Source: a virus (lineage: Duplodnaviria > Caudoviricetes). Taken from it: a stretch of 64,000 nt of DNA. A program made the position numbers and the translations under genes. Positions 27,957 to 36,851 of this stretch are shown here, piece by piece (position 1 is the first letter of the stretch; the number at the start of each line of letters is the position of its first letter). The notes beneath the pieces were generated by a model. That model was given only the letters and a program-made list of their open reading frames with translations, was not told the origin of the DNA and searched no databases. The stretch lies in the IMG/VR virus record IMGVR_UViG_3300009129_001283, positions 357 through 64,356 of that record; one strand, given 5' to 3'.

Positions 27957-28142
27957 CTATGACCCATCTTCTCTAGCTTCCATAAGCTCCCTAGCAAGCA
28001 TTGCTTTGAAGTGTTTGAGCATTGTCTCTGTACCAACAATGGGCATACCCTTAATAAACTCAGTCTTTATTTTGTCTTCAAAGTCCTTAACCTTATCTTG
28101 AAGATATTCTATCTTCTCTTGTCTTTCTTCTTTAGTTGTCAT
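27957..28142 (-). CDS. hypothetical
   Basis: ORF in operon. Confidence 0.55.
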   Translation of the reverse strand: MTTKEERQEKIEYLQDKVKDFEDKIKTEFIKGMPIVGTETMLKHFKAMLARELMEAREDGS

Positions 28143-28389
28143 CTTCTTCTACTTTCTTAATTTTAAACTCTTGTAAGCCATAGTGTTCGGGGTTATTCAG
28201 TATGTCCCTACACTTGTCTCTCCATAATAGTTTTTGTATGTATACCTGTACCCATTGTCTATTCTCGTATGAACCTTTTTGGTCTGGCTCTAAGCCTAGC
28301 TTTCTTCTTTGGTCCTCTGGTACTGAGTGATACCTTGTGCTGTATTCGGCTTCTACTTCTTTTATTACTTCTTCCCACTTTTTCTTCAT
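28132..28389 (-). CDS. hypothetical
   Basis: ORF in operon. Confidence 0.55.
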   Translation of the reverse strand: MKKKWEEVIKEVEAEYSTRYHSVPEDQRRKLGLEPDQKGSYENRQWVQVYIQKLLWRDKCRDILNNPEHYGLQEFKIKKVEEDDN

Positions 28390-28401
28390 TTCGTGTGTCC
28401 C

Positions 28402-28665
28402 TTAGCCCAATATGATGTTGTCTACATTTGTCATGTACTTTATGTGCACTGTTTCTACTTTGTTCTTTACATACACCTTGTAGCAATGCTGGTATGTTCC
28501 TCTGTTATCATTTCCTTCTTCTCCCGCCCAGTGCAGCACAATGCCCACTGAACCATGAAGTCGTATTCTATTGAACATTCCCAACTCTTCGTACATGCTG
28601 TCTCTTGGCTTTGTATCTCTAATGGATACCAAGTCTCCTCTTTTGAATTCTTTTCCTTGTTCCAT
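28402..28665 (-). CDS. GDLV-type small protein
   Basis: FKRGDLVSI...VGIVL...YKVYV. Confidence 0.65.
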   Translation of the reverse strand: MEQGKEFKRGDLVSIRDTKPRDSMYEELGMFNRIRLHGSVGIVLHWAGEEGNDNRGTYQHCYKVYVKNKVETVHIKYMTNVDNIILG

Positions 28666-28674
28666 GTTTCCTTA

Positions 28675-29337
28675 TTATAGGTCAATAAGCTTGAAGTGCA
28701 GGTTCATTTTTCTGATGAAGTTGCTATGTTTTCTTTGCCACCCGCCAAACTTTACGCCAACGTGGTCAGGGTCGCAATGCAGATAGGCATTCTCTGTGCA
28801 TATGGCAACGTGAACGAGCTCGTGGACAAAGCTGGTGTTGTGTATCTTAACATTCTTTGCTCCTCTAGTGGAAACCCATATCCTCGCGCCGTTGCCCAAG
28901 GTCAAACCATGCAGTGGAGTCTCCGCGATGTACTTGCCACTCTCGGAGTAGACATTCCTTGCCACTAGTTTCCGAGAACTAAACTCTATCTCAAGCGAAC
29001 GCAAGTCTTCTAATAGCTTTCTTTGAGTCTCCTCGGAGTGGCAGAAGCCCTCATCAACCCAAAAGGCATAAAAGAGCGACATGGCTGTGGCCAAGTCAAA
29101 CTTATCAACGGGAAAGAAGCACGAGTCTTGCTCTAGTGTTGCGTTGCCAAAGCCAACGATAGATGTTTTTGTGGTAGAGAAGCACTTCTTCTCATCTTCG
29201 AAAGTGTGGATAGCTTGTGTCTTAACGTAGTCTGTCCACTGGCTATGATAGAAGCCATACTGGTCTGTCTCTGGCGTATAACTAGACACAAAAAGCAGGA
29301 TGATAGATGCTACATACGACCTCAAGATGTTCCTCAC
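28675..29337 (-). CDS. exported zincin-like protein
   Basis: Hydrophobic N-terminus; FVHELVH...DPDH. Confidence 0.6.
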   Translation of the reverse strand: MRNILRSYVASIILLFVSSYTPETDQYGFYHSQWTDYVKTQAIHTFEDEKKCFSTTKTSIVGFGNATLEQDSCFFPVDKFDLATAMSLFYAFWVDEGFCHSEETQRKLLEDLRSLEIEFSSRKLVARNVYSESGKYIAETPLHGLTLGNGARIWVSTRGAKNVKIHNTSFVHELVHVAICTENAYLHCDPDHVGVKFGGWQRKHSNFIRKMNLHFKLIDL

Positions 29338-29552
29338 CTTTCCATAATAATGAATGCCAACATAACCAAGTAAATGATTGTGAAAACAGCATCCGTGGCT
29401 CTCTTAAACAAATAATATGTATAAAGTTTCAAGCCCGACAAAGTTAGCATTGCAAACACAAACAACTTTGTGTGGCCGGTAAATAGCGTTAGCAGCATGG
29501 CAATGATAGCCATTAGCTGCAAGCGGTTTAATAGTGTCTCATTCATCTTCAT
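29334..29552 (-). CDS. small membrane protein
   Basis: Three hydrophobic segments. Confidence 0.55.
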   Translation of the reverse strand: MKMNETLLNRLQLMAIIAMLLTLFTGHTKLFVFAMLTLSGLKLYTYYLFKRATDAVFTIIYLVMLAFIIMER

Positions 29553-29781
29553 TGTTTTGCTCCTTTTTCTTTGCTAGTCTGTGTGCTGCTTGGCAGATCT
29601 GCAGTGCCTCATCTAGCTTTTTGGATATTCTCTCTGGGTCGTCAAGCAAACCAAGAGGGGCATTGTGCAATGCCCAACTAAGTTGGTGTATCTTGCTGTA
29701 TGCTTCACACCTAGCTTTGATCGTCTTTGTATGCGTGGCTTTCACTGTGGTCTTATTCTTTCTACTTAACTGCCCGAACAA
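29539..29781 (-). CDS. hypothetical
   Basis: ORF in operon. Confidence 0.5.
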   Translation of the reverse strand: MFGQLSRKNKTTVKATHTKTIKARCEAYSKIHQLSWALHNAPLGLLDDPERISKKLDEALQICQAAHRLAKKKEQNNEDE

Positions 29782-30034
29782 CGTAGTCTGCTATCCACTT
29801 CGAGCATGTTGGGCCTTCCTTGATAGCTATCTTCAAAAGACTTCGATAGTAGTTCTCAAGGCTTTCGTGGTGCCAAATGGACTTCCCCGTTCTGCTCTTC
29901 TCTCTTGAGCGGGAGCGATGAAACTCTACCTTTTCCTGCAAAAAGGAGATATGCTCATCGAATCCCTTTCGTAACAAGGCCATCTTATCATCGTATGACA
30001 AGGTTTCTTTCATATTATCATCACTATCTGCCAT
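29762..30034 (-). CDS. hypothetical
   Basis: ORF in operon. Confidence 0.55.
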   Translation of the reverse strand: MADSDDNMKETLSYDDKMALLRKGFDEHISFLQEKVEFHRSRSREKSRTGKSIWHHESLENYYRSLLKIAIKEGPTCSKWIADYVVRAVK

Positions 30035-30052
30035 TAACTTTGCCTTTGTTTG

Positions 30053-30069
30053 GAAAAAATTTGGGGCGA
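30053..30069 (-). repeat. dispersed intergenic 17-mer TCGCCCCAAAWTTTTTC
   Basis: 16/17 identical to 57567-57583. Confidence 0.6.
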
Positions 30070-30174
30070 AAAGCTTTTAGTCTGAGGACAAAAGCTCCCT
30101 TGCCTCCAACACGACCTTCTCTGCCGCGAGAAGCCCAAGAAGCCCCACTGCCACCACAACATCCATGACTGCCG

Positions 30175-30468
30175 CTAACATACCATTTCCCGCATCTTGC
30201 TCTGTCGCTTGGCAGCGGCCTCAATAACGTTAAGACCTGCTGCCGTGGCAAGATCTTCGCCCATTGGGTCGCGCAACTGAGCTTCGAGTCGAGCTTCGAT
30301 GTAGTCCGACAGAGTGAAGCCAAGGTTCGTAAACAAATAGCTTTCTTGCTTAAGACCTGAGTAAAACTTATCATGGTATGTGAAATACTCCATGATGTTG
30401 CTTTGTATTTTTTCGGGCCCAGTTGGGGCCTCTTCTTGTTTTTTCTTTTTATTCTTATTGAAGGTCAT
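30175..30468 (-). CDS. hypothetical
   Basis: GGAG SD. Confidence 0.6.
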   Translation of the reverse strand: MTFNKNKKKKQEEAPTGPEKIQSNIMEYFTYHDKFYSGLKQESYLFTNLGFTLSDYIEARLEAQLRDPMGEDLATAAGLNVIEAAAKRQSKMREMVC

Positions 30469-30483
30469 TTTCAGTCTCCTCTC

Positions 30484-30630
30484 CTAATAAAGAACAATCA
30501 TCCCGCTAAGTTGCATGGCTGAAATAATGCCAAGTGCTGCAACTGCTCCCCTCAAATACCATCGGCTCAAGTCTGCTACAGCAGCCAACAAGCCTAGACC
30601 AAGTTTTTTAGTATCAATGTTTACTTTCAT
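30484..30630 (-). CDS. small hydrophobic protein (not in ORF track)
   Basis: MKVNIDTKKLGLGLLAAV...; ATGA overlap. Confidence 0.5.
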   Translation of the reverse strand: MKVNIDTKKLGLGLLAAVADLSRWYLRGAVAALGIISAMQLSGMIVLY

Positions 30631-30854
30631 AGTTTCGTACCGTTCCTTTCGTACACCGCTTCTTTGTCGTATTTTCTTTCAACGACTTTCGATGACATGT
30701 AATTAACTATGCCCTGCAGTGCATTTATTGCCGTTTGCATCTTCTTTTTGTGGTTGTCGTCTGCCGTTGAAAATTCTTCCGAGCCTACCTCTTTGTTCAT
30801 CTCTTTCAACACTTCTTTTACTTTCTTCTGATACTGGTTCATGTCTCTAAACAT
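30627..30854 (-). CDS. hypothetical
   Basis: Start set at MFRDMN. Confidence 0.55.
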   Translation of the reverse strand: MFRDMNQYQKKVKEVLKEMNKEVGSEEFSTADDNHKKKMQTAINALQGIVNYMSSKVVERKYDKEAVYERNGTKL

Positions 30855-31452
30855 TCTTCTTGTCCTTCTTGCTATTTTTAAATTGTTCTGCTGTTTTCTT
30901 AACAGACCACTTAGAGTTTCGTGAAAGTTTGGCATAAGTCTCCAACTCCTCTTTGAAGGTAAAGGGTCGCCTCTTAACTTTCGTCATAAATTCAGACTCT
31001 TTCCCCATTTTCAAGTCACCAACGGACTGCTTCTCCCCATAAGGAGGAAAGGTATTAGTTTCGTTTGTGCCAAAAAGGTAAGCCCCAACTGCCCCTTTCG
31101 GAATAAAGAGAAAAGAATCCTGCCCATACTCCTCTGAGAGAACAAATAACATTGTCTCAAACGCTGTGTCATCTAAGAGGTTTACGACGAAAAAGCTTTC
31201 CTCGGCAACCTCCATTGCGGCTGGTTGTTCAAAGTTCTCTATGTAAGATCCCTTCACCTTGGTGACACCATATCCCCTTTCCAAAAGTCGAGCCTTCAAG
31301 ATCCGGTTGTTTTCGTAGTTTTCTTTTTTCTTCCTGTCACCCCGAAAGCTTGTCACAATAGCGGTGTCGTGCTCTAGCATGTGCGAATACACTCTCGAAA
31401 GAGAGGACTCCCCCAAAAATTGTCTCCAGTTTTCATGTATTTTGTTCGCCAT
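30847..31452 (-). CDS. hypothetical with MANKIHENWRQFLGE leader (DUF3293-like YGQDS motif)
   Basis: Leader followed by SSLSRV; EESFFV and YGQDS motifs. Confidence 0.65.
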   Translation of the reverse strand: MANKIHENWRQFLGESSLSRVYSHMLEHDTAIVTSFRGDRKKKENYENNRILKARLLERGYGVTKVKGSYIENFEQPAAMEVAEESFFVVNLLDDTAFETMLFVLSEEYGQDSFLFIPKGAVGAYLFGTNETNTFPPYGEKQSVGDLKMGKESEFMTKVKRRPFTFKEELETYAKLSRNSKWSVKKTAEQFKNSKKDKKNV

Positions 31453-31506
31453 GTTTTGTTCTCTCCTTGCCTCTCCATTCTATCACACAAGGGTGATGTT
31501 TTTAAC

Positions 31507-31668
31507 TTAAAAGTCCAATAGTTTCTTCACTCTTTTGGTGATGGGTCGGTTTTCTCTGCTTTTGTACGCCACCTCTTGACCACCGAAGATCTCCTGAAAT
31601 AGTTTGTTCGCTATTTCCATATCAAACTCGGCTGGCAGCACTATTCGTCCTTTATCTTTTCCCGACAT
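31507..31668 (-). CDS. small hypothetical (not in ORF track)
   Basis: MSGKDKGRIVLPAEF... Confidence 0.45.
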   Translation of the reverse strand: MSGKDKGRIVLPAEFDMEIANKLFQEIFGGQEVAYKSRENRPITKRVKKLLDF

Positions 31669-31778
31669 ATATTTTTGTTCTTCTCTTTCTTCTTGTCTTT
31701 GAAGACTTGGTTCTTGTGGTCGTTAAGTTTTGGGACCAAAGGGTTTCTCGGTAGTCTTTGTTCTTTTTTCTTTGCCAT
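31641..31778 (-). CDS. small basic protein, RNP...KDKKK type (not in ORF track)
   Basis: MAKKKEQRLPRNPLVPKLNDHKNQVFKDKKKEKNKNICR. Confidence 0.5.
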   Translation of the reverse strand: MAKKKEQRLPRNPLVPKLNDHKNQVFKDKKKEKNKNICREKIKDE

Positions 31779-31781
31779 ATC

Positions 31782-32117
31782 TCATACCCCAAAGGAGCTT
31801 CCGCAGCCACACTTCTTCTTCGCGTTTGGGTTTACAAACTTAAAACCTGCAGCCATCAAGTTTTCCCCGTAGTCAAGTGTGGTGCCTTGTAACACCACCG
31901 CGCTGTACCCATCAACAGCAACCTTCAAGCCACCTACCTCTGTCACATGATCGTGCTCATAGCTCTCTGTGTCTATCTCTAGCTTGTATTGAAGACCTGA
32001 GCATCCTCCGCCCTGTATCGCAGCGCGTAGAAATGCACCTTGCTTGCCCTCACCATCGAGAGCCTCTTTCGCCTTCTCTATTGCTGCTTCTGTTAGTGTC
32101 AATGGAAACTCACTCAC
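31782..32117 (-). CDS. iscA: A-type Fe-S carrier (IscA/HesB/ErpA family)
   Basis: GGGCSGLQY and NPNAKKKCGCGSSF motifs. Confidence 0.92.
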   Translation of the reverse strand: MSEFPLTLTEAAIEKAKEALDGEGKQGAFLRAAIQGGGCSGLQYKLEIDTESYEHDHVTEVGGLKVAVDGYSAVVLQGTTLDYGENLMAAGFKFVNPNAKKKCGCGSSFGV

Positions 32118-32328
32118 GTTCTTTCTGCCTCAGTGCCCTTAAAAATATCTCTGCATGTGTTCGGTACTTAAAGTCTGCAATACTTGAATTGTATATGTCG
32201 CCTGCTGAGTCTGTCAATACCCGATACACTGTGTAGCCACCTGGACCAAATGTGGTATTGTACCCAAAAGTTATCGGCTTTCCGCCGAAGTCATATCTTG
32301 GCGGGTATTTAGCTTTTGCTTTGCTCAT
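32110..32328 (-). CDS. hypothetical
   Basis: GAGG SD. Confidence 0.55.
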   Translation of the reverse strand: MSKAKAKYPPRYDFGGKPITFGYNTTFGPGGYTVYRVLTDSAGDIYNSSIADFKYRTHAEIFLRALRQKERE

Positions 32329-32438
32329 GCTTCCTCACGGTGTGTGTGTTAGTATATAAATAATAAGATTGCAGCCAACTATCAGTGTCATCATGTATAG
32401 AAAAATTCCAGCGTATCCGTCCATACATATAAATAGCC

Positions 32439-32771
32439 CTAAGAGGAAATAACAAAGCAGTTATACTCGATATAGTCCCTATCAAACCAGTGTGCGCCAC
32501 TTGGTGTTCGAGCTAGATAAGTGTCCTTTGTCTTTCTCCTGTCTTTCACCCCAAGAACAATTGCGATGCCATCTTCGGGATAGTCAGCATCAGTGATCAG
32601 GTCGCCCACCTTGGGAAGACTCCTGTTCTCTTCTTTTTGCTTCAATAGCTTTTCCAGTTCCAGTCTATTTTTTGTCCAAGGTTCGGAATACTCATCGTAA
32701 AGCCTCATGCTGCGACGGGCTTGCGTGATAGCAAACGTCAACTGATGCCACTCTTCTTGCCCTAATGCCAT
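32439..32771 (-). CDS. hypothetical with C-terminal GDLV-type domain
   Basis: LPKVGDLI...GIAIVL. Confidence 0.55.
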   Translation of the reverse strand: MALGQEEWHQLTFAITQARRSMRLYDEYSEPWTKNRLELEKLLKQKEENRSLPKVGDLITDADYPEDGIAIVLGVKDRRKTKDTYLARTPSGAHWFDRDYIEYNCFVISS

Positions 32772-33085
32772 TATAGCACCTCCCCGTAGATCTCTCCTTC
32801 ATACTCAAGGGTTTCGTCCGTTGCTGCCAAGTCTTCGGGCCTGCTGATGGTTGCGTCTGCAGACAGGACTCCAGCCCCGAACCGCTTTGCTGCTCCCACC
32901 TTTGCGGCGCGAACAATATCACTGATAGGAGAGTTTCTGTCTGCCTCCACAACAACATTGCAGTGCTTAGGAAACCACTCATCGCCCATGTCGCCCTGTA
33001 TTCCAGGTGCCCAAACGATATTCTCTAAAAAAACATGAAACGCCTTCTTCAAGGGCATATCAAATGCGTCAACTTTATTTGTCAC
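32771..33085 (-). CDS. hypothetical
   Basis: GAGGAG SD, GTG start. Confidence 0.55.
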   Translation of the reverse strand: MTNKVDAFDMPLKKAFHVFLENIVWAPGIQGDMGDEWFPKHCNVVVEADRNSPISDIVRAAKVGAAKRFGAGVLSADATISRPEDLAATDETLEYEGEIYGEVL

Positions 33086-33163
33086 GGTTGTACTCCTCTG
33101 TCTGACATAAGCAAATATAAAATAACATTCCTACAATTAACCATTCCATTTTGTCTCCTCTCT

Positions 33164-33258
33164 AAAAAAGTTGAGCAGTTACCCCTGCCGACTTGCTGCC
33201 CGTCAAGTGCATGAGGATTCCGTACATGCGCCCGATTGAGGCAGGGGAAGATGTGATC
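33164..33258 (-). ncRNA. candidate structured leader or sRNA
   Basis: CCCCTGCC/GGCAGGGG outer stem and GCATG/CATGC inner stem right after a perfect promoter. Confidence 0.4.
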
Positions 33259-33264
33259 CCTATA

Positions 33265-33293
33265 ATTATACCATAAGGAATAAGTCATGTCAA
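33265..33293 (-). promoter_or_regulatory. sigma70-type promoter
   Basis: TTGACA-N17-TATAAT. Confidence 0.8.
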
Positions 33294-33601
33294 GTGTTTT
33301 CTTCTGGTATCAACTCAACCTCCGTTATATATGAAGTTAAATACTCCGATATTACTGGCCCATGATCTCCTGCATGCCAGCAGATCCGAACGCCTTCTGG
33401 TATGTCCTTTGTCTCCCAAGAGCCCATATCTATTCCAGTTTGAATGACAACACCGATCCACTTATCCGTGTGAGGCCCATACCAATACTCCATGTCACTC
33501 ATGTTCGCTGGACCTGGTGCGCTCTGCCTCTCGGACAAGCTCATCTCGTAAAAGCGGCGCTTAAACTGCACCAAGTCTCCCACTTTAGGTTTATACGGCA
33601 T
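33290..33601 (-). CDS. GDLV-type protein
   Basis: MPYKPKVGDLVQF...IGVVI...RICW. Confidence 0.65.
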   Translation of the reverse strand: MPYKPKVGDLVQFKRRFYEMSLSERQSAPGPANMSDMEYWYGPHTDKWIGVVIQTGIDMGSWETKDIPEGVRICWHAGDHGPVISEYLTSYITEVELIPEENT

Positions 33602-34337
33602 TCTTTTCTGCCTCTGCGATATTTTCGCATGCAAGTTTGAAATACTCTTCATCTTTCTCTATCCCAATAAAACGACGGTTATGCTTTGTGGCTACGACTG
33701 CAGTGGTGCCAGCGCCCAAGAAGGGATCGATAATTGTGTCACCCTCTTCTGTGGTGGGCAGGATGCAGTTCTCAACCAACTTCTCTGGAAAGGTGCAGAC
33801 GTGTCCTTCATTCCTTGACGGAGGGAACCTCCATACATTTGTTAAGCCCAAGCTGTTGTTCCATTTGCGAGGCTTCTGAATTTGGTAAACTCTCTCCTCT
33901 TGGATGTGGTATCTCCTTGACGGGTTTCCAATGCCGCATCGATCCCATATGATCTCACACCAAATGGGAAACTTCGATAACCATTGCATAGGGTGGTGAA
34001 GGTTGCTCTCAGAGCGATAGATGTTTCTATTGTGCCAAGCAAACCTCACCTTGTGGTTGTAGAAGATGCTGCTTGCACAGACTCTCATCAGGGAGTGAAT
34101 GACTGATTGCTGCCAGCCTTGGTATTCCCATTCTGGCATATCATCATCGTACCACTTGTCGTACTTCTCCGTCATAGACTTGCTAGTCTTTGAGTTTTCG
34201 TAGTTAGAATATCTCTTGTTGAGGTTGTAAGGTGGTGATGTAACGCACACCTCAACTGAGTTCCTGTCCAGCGATGCCATCACCTCTTGGCAATCTCCAA
34301 GGTAAACAACTCCGTTTTTAAATTCTCGTTTAAACAT
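33591..34337 (-). CDS. DNA methyltransferase, N4C/N6A beta class
   Basis: VTSPPY before DPFLGAGTT; FIGIE. Confidence 0.92.
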   Translation of the reverse strand: MFKREFKNGVVYLGDCQEVMASLDRNSVEVCVTSPPYNLNKRYSNYENSKTSKSMTEKYDKWYDDDMPEWEYQGWQQSVIHSLMRVCASSIFYNHKVRFAWHNRNIYRSESNLHHPMQWLSKFPIWCEIIWDRCGIGNPSRRYHIQEERVYQIQKPRKWNNSLGLTNVWRFPPSRNEGHVCTFPEKLVENCILPTTEEGDTIIDPFLGAGTTAVVATKHNRRFIGIEKDEEYFKLACENIAEAEKNAV

Positions 34338-34545
34338 ATTTCTCCAAACTCTCTACACAATGAAAGGTCTTACACCGAGGCTTGCGGTCCAATGGTAGCC
34401 ACAAGACCTCAACATACATGGTAGTATCCTTGTCGTATTTGACCACAAGGCCCACTTCATCTCTGTAGTGTGGTACGGGACTGTGTTGCCAGTCGGCATG
34501 CTTAACCAAGTCTCCAATGGTAACATTGTTTTTATTCGTCAGCAT
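34330..34545 (-). CDS. GDLV-type small protein
   Basis: IGDLVKH...VGLVV...EVLW. Confidence 0.65.
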   Translation of the reverse strand: MLTNKNNVTIGDLVKHADWQHSPVPHYRDEVGLVVKYDKDTTMYVEVLWLPLDRKPRCKTFHCVESLEKYV

Positions 34546-34801
34546 CGATCTTTTTCAACCTTCTGGCTGGATGCCACATTGCCGCGCCATTGTCACACCA
34601 CCGCACACAAACGTGTTGCTTGCCCGTTGCGGGGAACTCAAGTGTGCTTAGGACCAGCCCCAAGGCATACTTCGATCCCTCTGGCAATGCCCTGATAGAA
34701 ACTTCTCTTACCAAGTCTCCTCTTTCTATTGTGAAATTACTTTTAGCCATGTTTTGTGATGCCATTGTGTCACCGACCTTCCTATGATGTGTGTGTCCCA
34801 T
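34532..34801 (-). CDS. GDLV-type small protein (true start probably downstream)
   Basis: IERGDLVRE...LGLVL...VRW. Confidence 0.6.
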   Translation of the reverse strand: MGHTHHRKVGDTMASQNMAKSNFTIERGDLVREVSIRALPEGSKYALGLVLSTLEFPATGKQHVCVRWCDNGAAMWHPARRLKKIDADE

Positions 34802-34947
34802 CTAACCAAAACCCCGCAGCCCCAAAGAGCATGCTCTTCACCAACCTTTACAACAACTCCCACATGATCCTTGCTAGAGTGTGGGTGTGACACCGGAAAA
34901 GTCTCTTTAACTATGCTTCCCGCCCTGCAGTCCATTATGACCCCCAT
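34726..34947 (-). CDS. GDLV-type small protein
   Basis: AGSIVKE...VGVVV...VRW. Confidence 0.6.
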   Translation of the reverse strand: MGVIMDCRAGSIVKETFPVSHPHSSKDHVGVVVKVGEEHALWGCGVLVRWDTHIIGRSVTQWHHKTWLKVISQ

Positions 34948-35306
34948 CGGTTTTCATCGCTAATGAGCTTCCACCAGTCTGACCTCTTGGTCACACCTTT
35001 TATATGCTTTACCCGCACGAAAAAGCGGCGATACATGCCTTCCCTGCCCTCTGTTGGGACAAAGATACAATGGTTTTCGGGAACCAGCACCAAGGAGCCC
35101 CTTGTGTACTCTGCGAAGCTGTTGTCGTTAGTGACCTCCGCTAAGATATGGGGATCAATCTCCCTCTCACCTGCCCTGCGGATGGCTTTAGGCTTGGTGC
35201 CATGCACGTCAACGAGTTTAATACACTCGATAGACGAACTATCAGGGCGCATATCGCCCATGATCTCTTCTACTATGCTCTTCGCGAGGAAGTCTGCTGC
35301 TCTCAT
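34935..35306 (-). CDS. hypothetical
   Basis: AGGAG SD. Confidence 0.55.
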   Translation of the reverse strand: MRAADFLAKSIVEEIMGDMRPDSSSIECIKLVDVHGTKPKAIRRAGEREIDPHILAEVTNDNSFAEYTRGSLVLVPENHCIFVPTEGREGMYRRFFVRVKHIKGVTKRSDWWKLISDENRWGS

Positions 35307-35314
35307 GGTATCTC

Positions 35315-35497
35315 CTACTCGATGTAACCTTGTTCAACAAGTGCTGCTGCGTGTCTTTGGTAGCTTCCCTGCAAATGGTTAAGCAGGTTGCGGTCTAGTA
35401 ACTCCTGAAAGAAGTCGATAACCTCTCCCTCGTCCATTTCGCCATTCTCATACGCCATGATCATGCTAACAATATTGTTCGTTTCTTCAAACTTCAT
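35315..35497 (-). CDS. small phage hypothetical
   Basis: AYENGE...FFQELLD...LQGSY pattern, recognised from phage early genes. Confidence 0.65.
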   Translation of the reverse strand: MKFEETNNIVSMIMAYENGEMDEGEVIDFFQELLDRNLLNHLQGSYQRHAAALVEQGYIE

Positions 35498-35790
35498 TAT
35501 AGTTTACCTTCCTTTATAAGTTTCCCAACCGTGGGCATTGGCTTATCGTGCTTCAACATAGGACTAGACAACTTGGCAAGGTCTTGGAAGTCATCAAAGC
35601 TAAAGTCCTCACCCTTCAATGGGCTGTTGACACGAAGAATGAACTTAATAATGTCATACTTGAGATCAACGTATTCTGCTCTCAGTTTGAACCTTTCTGC
35701 CATGCTAAGTCTATCATACATGCTAAGTAAAACTTCCTCAAAGTGGTTAAGGGTGTTGTTCAATTCTACTTCTATTCTTTCTTTTTTCAT
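35497..35790 (-). CDS. hypothetical
   Basis: Coupled ORF. Confidence 0.55.
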   Translation of the reverse strand: MKKERIEVELNNTLNHFEEVLLSMYDRLSMAERFKLRAEYVDLKYDIIKFILRVNSPLKGEDFSFDDFQDLAKLSSPMLKHDKPMPTVGKLIKEGKL

Positions 35791-35799
35791 ACTTATTCC

Positions 35800-36033
35800 T
35801 TATTGAATTTTCGTTAGTGTTTTGATGTCAAACCATTTTTTCATCTGGTCGCCATAAGCTCCGCTGTCATTAAGCCAGAAAACTTGTGCGACATTCTCTT
35901 CAAATATCATTTCTTTTATTTCCCGCACGATGCCCATCAAAGGTGGGTATCCGTACTTCTCTTGCTTTGCTGATAAACCCTCATGGGTCACTGTATCGCC
36001 TACTTTAAGCATCGTTTTACTCGCTCCAATCAT
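35800..36033 (-). CDS. GDLV-type small protein
   Basis: LKVGDTV...MGIV...QVFW. Confidence 0.65.
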   Translation of the reverse strand: MIGASKTMLKVGDTVTHEGLSAKQEKYGYPPLMGIVREIKEMIFEENVAQVFWLNDSGAYGDQMKKWFDIKTLTKIQ

Positions 36034-36217
36034 ATCGCTCTTGTGCTTCGTCCGGTCGCTCGATCTCTACCACCGCGACAAGCAAACTTGAGTCGTTTAC
36101 ATACTCAACACCATCAACAAAGGCATTGGCACACTCTCTCGTAACAAAGGATGCGATAACCCTGCCTTCGTTCTCTGATGCGTCACCATCTCTTTTTATC
36201 ACTACTTGATATGTCAT
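36017..36217 (-). CDS. hypothetical
   Basis: Start set at MTYQVV with AAGGAG SD. Confidence 0.55.
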   Translation of the reverse strand: MTYQVVIKRDGDASENEGRVIASFVTRECANAFVDGVEYVNDSSLLVAVVEIERPDEAQERYDWSE

Positions 36218-36218
36218 C

Positions 36219-36446
36219 TTATTCTCCTTTTCCCGCCAAGAAGTCGCTATAGCGGATGTGGCTTCGGTGGTGATAGCCATTGGCGAAGCCATAGTCCAGT
36301 GCTTCTCTGACGGTATCAAACATTTTCTTTTCAATGACTCCACTGTTGGTGCGGTACAAGCCAACTTCTTTGTATGTGCCGTCCAAGTCAGTGGTTGTCC
36401 ATGTTGAAAAAGTGCCTGTCTTTGGGTTCTCTGTCTTTGGGTTCAT
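36219..36446 (-). CDS. hypothetical, paralog of 38640-38831
   Basis: GLYR..SGVIEKKMF...YGFANGY. Confidence 0.6.
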   Translation of the reverse strand: MNPKTENPKTGTFSTWTTTDLDGTYKEVGLYRTNSGVIEKKMFDTVREALDYGFANGYHHRSHIRYSDFLAGKGE

Positions 36447-36455
36447 CTTTGTCTC

Positions 36456-36647
36456 CTATGACTCAATAGTGGTTTCATAATAAGCATCATCATCATCTGT
36501 GATGCGAATGGTACATTGGGAATGCTCTGATGCCACCTCTTTGGCGAATGACAGCGCATCCTCTTCTGAGGCGATATCCTCTTTCAAGACTTCCCACGAT
36601 GGTGCATTCTCTCCCCACGGGCAATACTTAATATCTACTTTAAACAT
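36456..36647 (-). CDS. hypothetical
   Basis: Coupled ORF. Confidence 0.55.
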   Translation of the reverse strand: MFKVDIKYCPWGENAPSWEVLKEDIASEEDALSFAKEVASEHSQCTIRITDDDDAYYETTIES

Positions 36648-36850
36648 TATAACACCCTTTCTTTGGTTCTCTGAGCAAGCCTTAGTGCTTCTGCTGCTGA
36701 CTCCGTGTCAGGAAATTTGTCTTGCAACAAAAGCTGAAGGTTTTCAACAATGAATAGCTGTGAGGCATTTGTTGGTTCTGTGTAGTATCCGTTGCCAAAC
36801 TCATATTTGGAAAGGATGTTGATGGTTTTGGTATACTCGTAAATGTCCAT
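36647..36850 (-). CDS. hypothetical
   Basis: Coupled ORF. Confidence 0.5.
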   Translation of the reverse strand: MDIYEYTKTINILSKYEFGNGYYTEPTNASQLFIVENLQLLLQDKFPDTESAAEALRLAQRTKERVL

Positions 36851-36851
36851 A

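Noticed and set aside
30024-30374. 116-aa ORF from the track
   Set aside because: It overlaps the SD-supported 30175-30468 gene; a short 30077-30181 ORF and an intergenic motif fit better.
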